From the NCBI RefSeq assembly GCF_009914755.1, contig NC_060926.1: a stretch of 64,000 bases of DNA, one strand, 5' to 3'. A program made the translations under genes and the position numbers. Numbering within the stretch: position 1 is the first letter of the stretch; every line of letters starts with the position of its first letter. Positions 15,536 through 30,835 of this stretch are shown here, in pieces. This DNA comes from the human T2T-CHM13v2.0 reference genome, Homo sapiens. Below the pieces are notes generated by a model. That model did no database searches. It was given only the letters and a program-made list of their open reading frames with translations, and was not told where the DNA came from.

Positions 15536-17204
15536 AAAAATGAATTTTAAACATTTAATCCACCACATCGTAAGCCAAAAAGCTCTGTGTGACCTTGAGT
15601 GGCGCACTTGGCCTCTCTGATCCTGGGTGGCATAATCTTAATTCAAGGGATCAGCCTCAAGGATAAAGCCTCTGTTTCTCTCTGGCAGATTGAGTTAGGT
15701 TATATGTCATCCTTCTTTGGCTGACCCATGTACAAGGTCAATGCCAGTCCAGGCTGCCACAGGCAACAGGTCTCCCTTCTTGCAGTGTGAAATCGCTTTG
15801 CAGACTTAGGACAGCAGGACTCGTTTCCTGTTGCTCTGATCCCATAGCTTTGGGCTTCACAGTTAACCTGCTGTTCATTGTTTTCCCTTGACTCTAGCGC
15901 GCCTGCTCCTCTATCAGGAAAATATGATTTTTTGGAAAAGGAAGTTCCACGCTAAAGCCATGCTAATTAGTACTTGTTTCACAGAGACAATAGCTCATTT
16001 AGGAATCTCTTTCTTGAAACAAAGGCAAAATAAGTATCTGCTAGATTTGGTGCCAAGGGTGTCACGCCTTAAAGCATGCCTGGGGATACTTTCCTGTCAA
16101 GAAAAAAAAAAGATATGAATGTTCGTCACTGAACAAGAAGACACAATTGGTTTCCCTATGCCATGGGCAGCAGCCTCTGTGTAGCTCTATTAGGATGATC
16201 TGTGCTCTGCAGAAAGCCAATAGGATGGAGTGGAGGAACCACCTCACTTTCCATATGGACAGCTGAAGGATAGGTAACTTGAAAGGTGTGCGCTGGGTCA
16301 GATCTGAGGTCTTTTTTGAGAAATGCTGAGATGATGCAAGCTCTCAAAAGGCACTGCAGAAACCAAGCATTTCAAAGGTCAAAGGAAGATTTTCAAGGGA
16401 AAACCAAAGCCTTGGATGGCTAGAGGAGTTCTAGATTTGCAAGCGGCAACCTGAAAGCAGGTTAAATATATATACATACATATATACATCTATGTATGTA
16501 TAGATGTATATACACAAAACATTTCTCTCATAAGAGGGGCTTTACATAATTGATTTTTGTTTTCAGAGGCATTGCTCAGTCTATCTTGCCTTGGTATCTA
16601 CCAAGCAGTGTCAAAACTTCTAGAGAATTGGGTGTGTGTGAGCATGTGTGCACACGCGAAAGTGTCTGTGTGTGTGTGTGTAAGTGAAGGTACTCAACTA
16701 AGTGTCACGTCAGATGTAAGCAGGTTGACAGCAACAGCACAGGTTTCTTTCATTGCAAATAACAACCAATGTCAGTTTGGTGCCTGCCACAGTTGGGGGC
16801 CCTGGGAGGCTGACACCGAGAGGGTGGTCAGCATGCCAGATGCTTGTTAGGGGCATACGATTGACACCAGTGGAGCTTCTGGAGGGGCTGGAAGCCAAAT
16901 TGCAAAGAGGGAGGAGGTGGGCTGCCATGCCAAGGCTTCAGCTGGTCACAGAGAGTTCTGAGCAGCATGGCCCTTCAGACGTGTGCTGTATGGGGAGGAG
17001 GTGCCAGCCAGGCTCTTACACCCCTACATCCATCACTCCCTGCAAGGGGGCTGCCATAGGGCAAGGGGACTGTCTTCAGACAAGACAGCCCCCAAAGAGG
17101 GCTGATAGCTGAGGGTGATCTTCCGGCCACTGGGAGAATAGACCTTCAATTCCTGAAGGGGAATTTGGGCTACACATCACTATGTCTACCAAGGGAATGA
17201 ATGA

Positions 17205-17405
17205 CTGGAAAGAAGGAAGGGAGGGACAGAGGAAGGGAGAGAGAGAGGTGAGAGAGAAGGGACCGAGAGGCAGGGGAGTGTAGGGAGGGAGGAAGGAGGA
17301 AAGAAGGAAGAAAGGAAGGAATGAAAGAGGAAGGAGGGAAGGAAGGAAGGAAGCAAGGAAGGAAGGAAGGAGGGAGGGAGGGAGGGAGGGGAGGAAGAGG
17401 AAAGG
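17205..17405. repeat. Polypurine (GGAA/GGGA) low-complexity tract
   Basis: Nearly pyrimidine-free run of ggaa and ggga units. Confidence 0.9.
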
Positions 17406-17654
17406 AGGTGGCTGTACTGTGATGTGTTATGATGGGAGGGATCACTAGGTCATTTTAATCTTTCTGAGTCTCAACTTCTCAATTTGCAAATGAGATCATC
17501 CTTACCTGTTTTACAAAGCCATTATGAGGATCAAATTTATGCAAGCCCTTAATGCATTGCACAGAACTATACAAATATGAGCTTGTACGATTACATAATG
17601 CTCCAAGAGTCAAGGAGCCCCACTAAAAACAACGCAGACTTGTAGTCTCTAGGC

Positions 17655-18145
<491 letters not shown>

Positions 18146-18186
18146 CTAGGGTACCTGAGCACCACCACGCAGTTTTTCATGACTAC

Positions 18187-18908
18187 TGTGATGGTTATTC
18201 TTAAGTATCCACTTGACTGTGCCATAGGGGGCTGAGATACTTGGTTAACCATTGCCTGGGTGTGGTTAGATGTTGTTCATAGGAGGGGGTTCTGGATGAG
18301 ATGAAGGTTTGATTCAGTAGACTGAATCAAGCAGATGGCCCTCCCCCGTGTGGGTGGGTGGGCATCATCCAGTCTGTTGGAGGCCTGACTAGAACACAAA
18401 GGCTAAGCAAGGGACGATTCAGACTTTTTGGCCTGACTGTCTTCCAGATAGGCCATTGTTCTTCTCCTGCCTTTGGACTCGGACCCGGAATGTAACTATA
18501 TCATTGGCTTTCCTGGGTCTTCATTGTGTGGATTGTAGATTTGGGGAGTTTTCAGTCTCCAGAATCTTGTGAGCCAATTCTTTATAATCTCCCTCTCTCT
18601 CTATATATATATGCATATATATATATACACACAAATATTAGCACACATATGTGTGTATGTATATATTTATATTAGTATAACATACTTATACTAGTATTAA
18701 TATATTTATATATTAGTATATATACTATTAAATATATATAACAGTATAGTATATGTATACTATAAATATTGGTATACATACTAGTATTAGTAATATATTA
18801 GCATATTAGTATTTATATATGTATTAGTTATATATGTCATATATGCCAACATTTAATATATATATAAAATGCTATATATATAACATATATAATATATATA
18901 ATAAAATG

Positions 18909-18960
<52 letters not shown>

Positions 18961-19003
18961 CATCCTGTTGGTTCTGTTTCTCTGGAGACCCCTGACCACA
19001 ACC
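18187..19003 (+). mobile_element. MLT2-type ERVL LTR with an expanded internal TA-rich tract
   Basis: tgtgatggtta...cttgactg start; cctgttggttctgtttctctggag end; TA-rich 18600-18957 including (TA)22. Confidence 0.85.
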
Positions 19004-19081
19004 ACACATCCAAATATGTCAATCCCTCTAGTTGAACAAAAAGACAGGCTAAACAGAGCTTTCAGAAATATATTAGCTGTT

Positions 19082-19548
<467 letters not shown>

Positions 19549-19589
19549 TATATTAGCTGCTGCTTACATTTTAGAAAGTATAGAAAGCA

Positions 19590-19899
<310 letters not shown>

Positions 19900-22467
19900 T
19901 CAGCACCTGTCATTAGAAACCACAGGGATTGTTTTAAGAGGGAGATGAAAGCCAGGATGATTTGGGGCTGAAGGAGAATTTAGAGCCATCGGGCTGAACC
20001 ATACTATTGTGATCCTGACCATTCCGATATTCTCAGTCTTACCAACGAAGAAATGATCTCAGGCGAGATAAGCAATTTGTTTCCAGGCCCACAGAACAAT
20101 GTTGCAGAGAAACGCAGCCTTTGCCTCTGTCCATCCCTCTTCTCATCTCTGATCTTGCTTTCAGCGCAACCTTCCTCTGTGACCTCCTCTCCTGGTCTCT
20201 CCCTCTCTTTTTTTTCCTTGCTTTTTCTCTGCAACCAGCCTCATTTGGGTCTTTAAGCATCAAAACACCTCTTAGACCCTGTGGTGCCTTGGCAGCATTG
20301 TTCTTAGACAAAAGCCTGAGTCACTGGCCCTGTGTCAGCTACAGTAAAAAGCTGCCCCACCCCCAGCAGCGCCTGTTAATCCTATAATCCAACACCGATT
20401 TCTACAAGACTATACACAATTTTCATTGGTCCAAATTTCAAGTAGGTCAGGCAGCTGATGTTCAGCTGATTAGAGGCTCCTAGGGACCCTACAGATTCAG
20501 AGGCAGCAGGGTGTCTTGTAACTTCAGAGGCGACATCTTTCTGAATCAACACAGGCTGCTGAAGAATTCTAATCTTGGTGGCGCTTGAAGCAATTGAGAG
20601 TAATGAGCCTCTGTCAATTTGAGAGCAAGACATCCTTTGAATCTCACCCCCCTCTGCTGAGCCATTTTTGGATACAGTAGAGCTTTTAGTCTTTCTCTAA
20701 AAAGGAAGTTTAACAAAATGTGTTTTCAAGAGAGAAAGTACAATCATTTTTTCCATGGGAAAGTAGAGTTTGTTTAGTAAAAGCGTTTTGACCAGATCAA
20801 AATATGAATTTGCTAGTAGAATCTGACAGTCCATGTCACAAATCACTGGTTGTGATAAAGGAGGCATCATCCCAGGAGTTCATGTGTGTGTCGTGCAGTG
20901 AGCTTTCCCCAGGAAATGAGATTAGAATTCTGGTTCTCATTGCTATCTGGAATTTCTAGATATACATAGGTAGACCCAGTGAAGGATTCCATTGCTCTAG
21001 AAGAGGGGAAGCCATAGATGGTAGCAGACTGCGTGGAGCAGTTCCCTCCCCCTGCCCACGTATCCCCAAGTCTCCATTCCCATTGCCACCAACTTGCACT
21101 GGTCTGAGAAATAACATTTGATTGTATTAGGCCACTGTACCTGGGAGGTTGTATATTGTAGCATTTAGCATGCATGGACTACATGGGGTGATAAGACCAA
21201 GTTGGGAATGAGGTAGGGGAATTAAGGACTAGGAGACTGCCATGGACTTGCTCAGCATCCACCACCCCTGTGGGGAAGGACCAGGGAGCTCAACAGATCT
21301 GCCTGGAATCTCCTTGAAAGAGAAGCAAAATTTAATGAGTAGGGAGAGGGAGACTTCTTAATGTTTGTTTTTGGTTTTCTAAACCAGATGAGCCTTAAAA
21401 TGATATATATCCTGGTTGGAAGGAAATATCCCTTTAGGAATATCTAAATTCTTTTGTATATCTAATATGCTAAGAATATCCAAATTCCTTTTCCCTGGTT
21501 AACTGGGTGCCTTTTGACTTGATCTCCTCCCACAGGGAGGATCCCTGGGTCCCACTGCTCCTGACCAGTCCATCACCCACAGAAACAAATGAAGTGGAAT
21601 TCTCACTAACCAATCAGGCTCATGCAAGCTTCCACCCTTGGCCAGCAGCTCCCCAGGCTCCTCCCCTGAGAGAGATCTGCATGCCACCAGCTGAGGAAAT
21701 GGCCTTGGCCACAGGAAATCACCAAGTTCCTCCCTAATTGCCCAGCAGACACCTGCTGGATGCCCCTGTGCTGTTGTCTGGGAACCGTACCTGGCTAAGA
21801 GTAGGCAGCTGAAAATATTCACAAAAAGTAAGAAAAGAAAGAAATGGAAAAAGAGAAGAAAAAGCACCAGAAAGAGGGAAGGAAAAGGAAGGGAGGAAGG
21901 AAAAGAGAAAGAAACAGAGGGTATGGGGAAGAGTGATAAACTGACCTGACCAATAGGCAAAGAAGCTAAGAAGCTCGGACACCAGGCACCAGGGCAGAAT
22001 TCTCTTGTCTGAACATCACCACAATGACACTCTGCTGGGATAAGCACCGGGAGGTGCAGATTAAGAATGGCAGCCAGGACGCTGAGACTCTGTCTTCATT
22101 TTCCGATGACAACGAGGAGCATCCTGGTGCTGGGGCTGGTGTTTTGCACAAGCGCAAGATGAACATCACTTCCCCCAAGGGACAGAGCCTAGACAACCCC
22201 AGGGCTTTCCTTCTTGAGCCTAAGATGGGTCCCTCCTCTTTCCCAAGCATGACAGACATCAGTTGTGCCTTTACCAGCCCTGGCAGCTCCATGGCCAGCT
22301 CCCTTCCTCCTGCCTTCCTCACCCCTTCTCCTGCCCAGAGCTCCTTTCCTCCTCTCTCCCTTCCAGGGAGGCAGTGTGGGAGTTGGGTGAGGGGAGCAGA
22401 ACTCCAGATTCAACCACTGGGTCTCCTGCTGCCACCAGGGGAGGCCTGATCAGGCAGGTTACTAGGT

Positions 22468-22808
22468 TACTATGGTCTGAATGTTATGTCTCCCTAAATC
22501 CATATGCTGAAACCTAATCCCCAAGGTATTAGGGAGTGGGGCTTTTGGAAGGGGACTTGGTCATGAAAGTTGGCCCTCATGAGTGCAGTCAGTGCTCTTA
22601 TAAGAGGCCAAAGTGACCAGAGTTCTTCCCTTCCACCAGTGAGGACTAAAGAAGACGCCATCTATGAACCAGGAAGAGCACCCTCAGCAGACACTCCATC
22701 TGCTGGCACCTTGATCTTGAACTTCTAGCCTTCACAAACCCATTCCTCTTGTTGATAAGCCACCCAATTTATAGTATTTAGTTATGGCATCCTGAACAGA
22801 CTAAGATA
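22468..22808 (+). mobile_element. MLT1A-like MaLR solo LTR
   Basis: tactatggtctgaatgtt...gactaagata; perfect TSD taggt. Confidence 0.85.
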
Positions 22809-25245
22809 TAGGTCCTGACTAGATATTTATTATTATTGTTATTTGTCAAAACTCCACTCACAATTCACCTCCCTTCGTTGGTTTCTTCACATAATCCCAG
22901 ACTTTGGTTAGCGCTATATTTTAAATGAGCAGACCAAAGGAATGGAAAGGTAAATATTCCCTGCCTTCTTTTGCTCCTGCCTGCCTGTGGGAGGGGAGTA
23001 TACTTTCCCTGGGGCCGGGAGAGAAGATTTCCTCGGAGACTTTCTAGAGTAAGGGATGTGAATCTCAAGGAAGAGAGAAATAAGGAAAAGTAGGGGTGTC
23101 TTCGCTTTGTGCTGCCCCAGAAGCAGACCCAGATACAAGAATGGGAGTGCAAGTTTACTATGAAGGTGGAGAAAACTCTGATGGCGGTGGGAATGGGAGA
23201 GAGAGGAGGGAAGTCTGTCAGGAAGGAAGTGAAGCCACTTACTGCCCTGGACACTAGGAGCTTAGTCCCTCTTGGAGCTCAGGAAGCTGGAGTGGAACAC
23301 ACACCTCTGAGTCCTCTTGCCCTGGGGTGAAGATGCTGGGGTATTTCCTATACGACTCCACCATTCGGCATGGGTTGGAGGCTGTCCCACTCCATGCCTC
23401 TGTGTAGGTTGCAAGGAGAAACCCACTTTCTCAGGTAAAAGAATGCAGGTGCTGCCCTGGGGTGCTTTGAGGTGGTAAGGGATGGGCAGGGTAGGAAATC
23501 AACACTGTCTGCTACAGATTTTAAGAAAGGAAAGCTATGATCTTCAGTCCTCCTGATGGCGTGTGAGACACCTAAGCAAGGAACATCGGTTCTTTAGAAG
23601 TTGCTTCCTGATTGCCACAGTTTATCCTTTTCAATGAGCTGCTCCCAAAGCCTGGGCCACAGATCCTCACCACCTGGAGGCTGCAATGTCCTTTGCCCAG
23701 CTAAGCACCGCCGTCTCCTGAGCCTGGATCCACAGCTGGACTGCAAGCTCCTCAAGCATGGAGCTGCTGTGTGATTGCTTTTGTGTTTCTGAATCCTGCC
23801 TGAGATGTCTTATTTACATGCCCAGAGGAGGAGACAGAAGAGGAGAGCATTGAAAAAGATCCCTTTCATCAAGGAAGGGGTTTTCAGAGACCACGCTTGT
23901 GAGAAGCTTTGCATAGGGGCTGATCACTCTTCTGCTGAATATCATAAATCTCTTATTGTCCGCTGCTAAAGATGCAAATCGCAGAACTTTTGTTTGGGGC
24001 TACTGGCCAGATAGCCTGTAACTGCCTAAGCAAAGCAGTCTCTGAAACACCCATGAGGCCTGGGGATGAAACGGTGCTTCCTAAGTGATCTTGGCCCAAG
24101 CGTCACCCGGAGGGCACCCCTAGAGTTTGTTTCTCCCTGTCGTTGAGTGTTTATTGCACTCCAAGGCTAAGGTTCAGCTTAGACTTGGAGGTGGGGACTT
24201 TGTTTCTGCCCTGTCCTAATCCTGGAGCCATTTGCTCATCTTTAGGAGAATGATCTGCGGTCCCTGTGCTGTGCTGAGGCCCCCCGGCTTATTCAGAGAG
24301 AATGAGCCTTAATAGATGGGAAGGATGAAAAGGAGCAGCTTGCTTCAGGGAGCTGCACTAACCTGGCAGGGTTCTTAGGGACCATTGAGTTTTGTTCCAC
24401 TTCCTGAACTCCAAATGGCCCCCCAGGGCCCTGGAAGAGTGATTTCAGCTCCAGGGAGCCAATGTGCTCTCCTCATGCAAAAGATCAGACCAGTGTCTTT
24501 GTAATCCTAGCTGCCTCGGGAAGGTGCTGGCTGCCTCAGCACCTGCTGCATAAATGCCCATAAATATTGATATTGTTTTAAATTGCCTATTAAAGAGAAT
24601 GGCCAACTCCATGAAACCATTTTAAATAAATGTAGATTGCCTGACTCCCTGGCTCTTTTTTCATCCTCTGATCCTCTGGAGCTTTTTCTTCTAAAACAAG
24701 CTCCCTTCCACCCACAGCACAGGAGGCCCCCGGGAGTGACATGGGCTCCCTGCTCAGCTCCCTCTCTGCAGAGAGGTCCCAGCCTAGTTCTTCCAAATAC
24801 TTATCTTCTGAAGTAAGTGGCAAGAAGAATGGGGTCCGGAGGAAAGAGAAATGGAGCAGCTGAGGAAGGGCAAAGATGAGCAAGGAAAAGGAAGATCTGG
24901 GATTGAAAGAAAAGAAAAAAAAAGATGAAGACATAACAGGAAGAGAGATGACATTAAACTTCCCCAAAGGTCAGGGATGTCATAGCCCAGTGCCTCTCCT
25001 CACTGCCTGGGCTGGCCAAAGCATTCCCTTTCTTTCATAAAGATTTCCCTAAGCTTCCAGCTGCCAGTCAAGCTTCTGTTCTGCTTCCTAATTCCTCCAT
25101 CCTTCCCTGTGGCACTGATCACTTTCTAATATTCAGCTGTTGTGGACAGACTTTGAGGGCAAGGAGTTGTCATTTATATATCTGTAAACCTTTCACAGCA
25201 CAGAGTATAACTTTCAAAAAGTCAAAAATGTGATGTTATCTCAAT

Positions 25246-25624
25246 TGCTGTGGTTTAAATGTGTCCCCTCCAAAATCCAAGTGTTGCCAATGTGATCATA
25301 TTAAAAGGTGAGGTCTTTAAGAGATGATTAGACCATGGCAGCTTTTTTCCCGTAAGTGGGATTAAGGCTCTTATAAAAGGGGCTCCGGCTGTGTTTGGCT
25401 GGCTTGCTCTTCTGCTCTTCTGCCACATCAGCACACGGCATTTGTTCTCTCTTGCCCGTCCACTTCTGCCATGTGAGAACAGAGCAAGAAGGCTCACACC
25501 AGATGCCAGTGCTTTAATCTTGGACTTCCTAGACCCCAGAAAGAGTAGAAATAAAATTCTGTTCTTTATAAAGTACCTACCTTTCTGTGGTATTCTGTTA
25601 CAGCAGCACAAGTAGACTAAAACA
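25246..25624 (+). mobile_element. MST-type MaLR solo LTR
   Basis: tgctgtggtttaaatgtgtcccctccaaaa...gactaaaaca; TSD tcaat/ccaat. Confidence 0.85.
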
Positions 25625-27789
25625 CCAATCTAGAATACATGTGTCAAAGAGAGATTTCATTACAAAAAAGGGAACACATATAATAGTAATGCCTGTTCAG
25701 AAAGCATTTTTAAGAATTGGGTATTTCTAGAAGGTTTTTGGGAACAGAGTGTTAGAATATGATTGCTAGGTTATATAGAACATTGGTTAATGTTCTACCG
25801 AGCAATGAAACCACAGCTTCTCTAATGGACAGAAATCTACAGGTAACATCACAGAGACTGGGCTCTAATCAGTAAGCAACAATGTCAAACACAGATTTAT
25901 TCTCCCAGAGGTTTGAAAATCCTGGCAGGTCATGGCATGACAATGGAAGGACATGCTGTCAGTCACTTCTTATTTCCAAGTTTGGGATGATGTTTCTAAA
26001 TATAAGTGTTCAATAAATGCTTAGTGAATGACTGCATGAATAAGACAGGAATCTAAAATCATGTCCTATAGGTAAACAGATCTTTTCTATTTCTAATTCC
26101 CATGATTTGTTCAGTGTAGCTCTTGGGCCCTTTATTGAACTGTGGAAATTTGAAGGAAGTCCATTGACATGAGAATGGCTTTTCATATTGTACGATTAAA
26201 CATGACTTATATTTTAATAAAGTCCTGGGTCACATGCGTGGCATGAAAATACAGCATTCAATGCTGTTGCCCGAGTCATGTGAATATGGTGTTATTAAAA
26301 GTCAGAGCGTATATAATGTAATTGCATGCAGGACCCTGGCTTTCCTTCCCACTACATCTCCTGTTTTATTAAAAATAAAACTTTCTATGTAACCAAAATA
26401 TTAAATGGGGATTGTAATATTAGCTCTTATTTAACTCTAAATTGACTCTGGATCATTTTACATGGTTAATGGCTTACAAAAAGCAATGTACTAAAATCCA
26501 GGTCTCACATAAATAGTAAGGTCCAATTTAATGGCAACAAGCTAGGAGAGTTTTTAAATGACCATTTAAGAAACATTTTGCTAAGTCCTTGTTTTACTCC
26601 TCCACCTCCAGTTCAGTGCTGAGAGCCCAGAGCTTAGCTCAGCTAAGTGCAGAATGAAAATGTTCAAAAGTCACCCTCACGCATCCATTCAGAGACCTAT
26701 GCATCTGCCTCCTTGTTGACAATGTGTGCCAGTGAGGGTGGCACGGCTACGTGCCCAGCTGCCCTGCACTACATCTGGAATCTAGCCTGGTCTCTGGCAT
26801 TCCATGTGGTGGGGTCACTGAGCAAGCCTGCTGGGACCTGTGGCCATGGGGTCTCTTTCTCCAGCTCTCTTTTCAAAGGTGTGGAACTTCAGTTCCCCAG
26901 GATTACTGTCATGCTGCAAGGCTCAGCCAGCCCTGGAACACAAATTAATTCCTTCTTCTTAATCTTTCAGGGGCACAGACATCTTTGAGAATCTGTAGAA
27001 AGTTAAGCCTGGGTTCCTTCCTTCAACTGCAAGCACACATGTATATGCCTCCCCTTTCCAATATAATCTAGAGGGTTGAGGTAATGAAACCCTGTGAGGG
27101 ACATTTGGAACCTGTAAGGGCCCCACAAGAGTGACAGATGTTCCTTTCAAGTGTTTGCAAACAGACAAGCCTTCCCTGGTCAAAGAAATGTTATCTCTCT
27201 TTGAATATAAAGAGGTGAGCTTGGAAATGGGGGTAATGACAAGATCGGTTACTCTGCTGGCATGTGAGGCTATCTCTGGGAGCCACCTCTTCTCCAGGAT
27301 GGGGCAAGCCCCTGAGAACCTATCTTCCCACGGGAGTATTGCAACAGCTATGTGCCAGGTCCCCACTTCCGTGTGTCTGGTCCACCAGCTTTCCAACTCA
27401 TCTCTGATCTTGTGTGCAGTGGACTCCACTAGTCACTTACAGCACATGTGCATGCATATGTGCTTCCCTCCTGAAGACTGCTCTTTTTTTTGCCCACTTA
27501 GATTCACACAGTGGTTTCATCCAGTCCTTTGTGTAAGAATTGAAACTCAAACCAGTACAAAGCAAGCACAGACCCAGAACTAAGGGATCACCAGCTTAGC
27601 AGAAGTCCAGGGCTGTTTGGGATGTGAACAGGGAGGTAAGTTTGGAGAGGTAGACTGAGGCACTTAGGCAGAGGGGCTCAAATGCTGAGTCAAGGCCTGG
27701 GGCTTGTGCTAATGGAGGTAAGATAAGACATCACTTGTAAAGTAAATCATCACCAATTTTACATCTGTTTTGCATATTCTGATTTTTGT

Positions 27790-28207
27790 AGATTAGCCTC
27801 TGTGCCAGACTTTCTCCCCTTCTCTCAAAATAGTAACACCCATATTGCTGCCCAACCCACAGACATGCCCAGCCTCCCTTGCAGCTACTCATGGCCATGG
27901 GTGAATGTTCTAGCTTAGAAGACGCATGAGCAATGCCTGTGATCCCCTTACAGTGAAGCCCTCATGCCATTCTCTCTGAAGAGCTCAGCCAAAGCAGCTC
28001 AAGCTCCAGCTCTGTTCTGGACCACGAGGATGGGGACTAGGTTGAGTGTGACAGCGTAGGTCCCTGGCAAATTCATAGAGCCACCAACACAGCTGGCTAT
28101 CTCATCCCCTGCTTGATTTCTTCTATGTGTAAGAGAAATCAATATCTATCGCGCTGAGGCCACAGTTGCTCAGGGTTCTTGATTATGTATGGAATCCTAT
28201 AAATACA
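27790..28207 (+). mobile_element. Old MLT1-like LTR
   Basis: cccagcctcccttgcagcta...ggccatg and aagagaaatcaatatctat...cctataaataca end. Confidence 0.55.
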
Positions 28208-28249
28208 GCTTCTCTGCCTCTTATCTATTTGTATTCCTTCTCCTTCTTC

Positions 28250-28370
28250 TTCTTCTGGATACAGGGTCTTGCCCCATTGCCCAGGCTGGAGTGCAGCAGC
28301 ATAATCATAGCTCACTGCAGCCTTGAACTCTTGGGCTCAAGTGACCCTCCTGCCTCAGCCTCCTGAGTAG
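28250..28370 (-). mobile_element. 5'-truncated AluJ fragment
   Basis: acagggtcttg...atcatagctcactgcagccttgaactc...cctcagcctcctgagtag. Confidence 0.85.
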
Positions 28371-29299
28371 TCCTATTTTGTTTAAACTCCTCTTCTAAAA
28401 CAATTCATTAGGCTTTAGATTTCTCAACTATATCTTTAAACATCTTCAGCTTCCTTTATTCACTTTCAATTTTTCTTCCACTGTACATGGAACATCCTCA
28501 ATAAAGATAAATTAAAGGAATGAATAAGCACTTGTCCTTTGGAGGTTGTGGCTGTATTTTCCCTTGTTTAGGAACACAGAGTCTACAAACACAGGAGAGC
28601 TGGAAGTGAGAGTTGGGAGACACCACCCCAGAGTTCATTTACTTCGCTTTCCACCTAATAAAAAAAAAAGAAATCCCATTTACAAACATTTCCCATCACA
28701 CTACAGCTCTATCCTTTCTTCCTTGTTTTCACTCCCAGCCCCAATAAATACGTCTTTCACAACACCTGGAAAACTTTGCACCAAACAACTTAAGCCACAT
28801 CCTCCCTCCTTTCAGATCCACCCAAAGAGGTTATGGCTTCCAGAAAATTTCCCTTTGGCTATAAAACAGAGAAAGGCTAGCATTCCGTACTCATCCCACA
28901 TCCGCTATTTAGAGTTTTGTGGGAATCAATGTTCCTGCTACCACCACTCCCAGCAAGAGGGCATGTTCAGAATGTGAATGGTGGCTGTGAGGCCTCAGCA
29001 GCTCAGAGCTTCTCCCTCTAGGGTCCAGGGTATGTCCCGTGCCCTTGAGCTGCTCCTCTGACTACAGGTGGGAACATAGGGGACTGGCAGTGAGAGCTGC
29101 CAGCCTCCTGGAGGGGTTAGGAACCCCACACACGTCCCCAGACAAGACAGGGAGTGCCACCTTTAGCACCCTGCCTCACCCAATTCATTCCTCCACAGCC
29201 TCAGTTGGGGTTCCACACCCTCCATCCACTGAAACCCATGTCAAGTTCACCTTCAACCCCATGCTATAACTTGAGAACATTGCTCTGTTCTCCTCAGAC

Positions 29300-30835
<1,536 letters not shown>

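Noticed and set aside
16481-16512. Perfect 13-bp hairpin tatatacatctat / atagatgtatata
   Set aside because: Expected in self-complementary TA-rich low-complexity DNA.
21499-22449. Overlapping 118-182-aa ORFs in non-repeat sequence (similar ones at 26959-27583 and 42231-42680)
   Set aside because: No recognisable domain or exon structure; lengths are compatible with chance.
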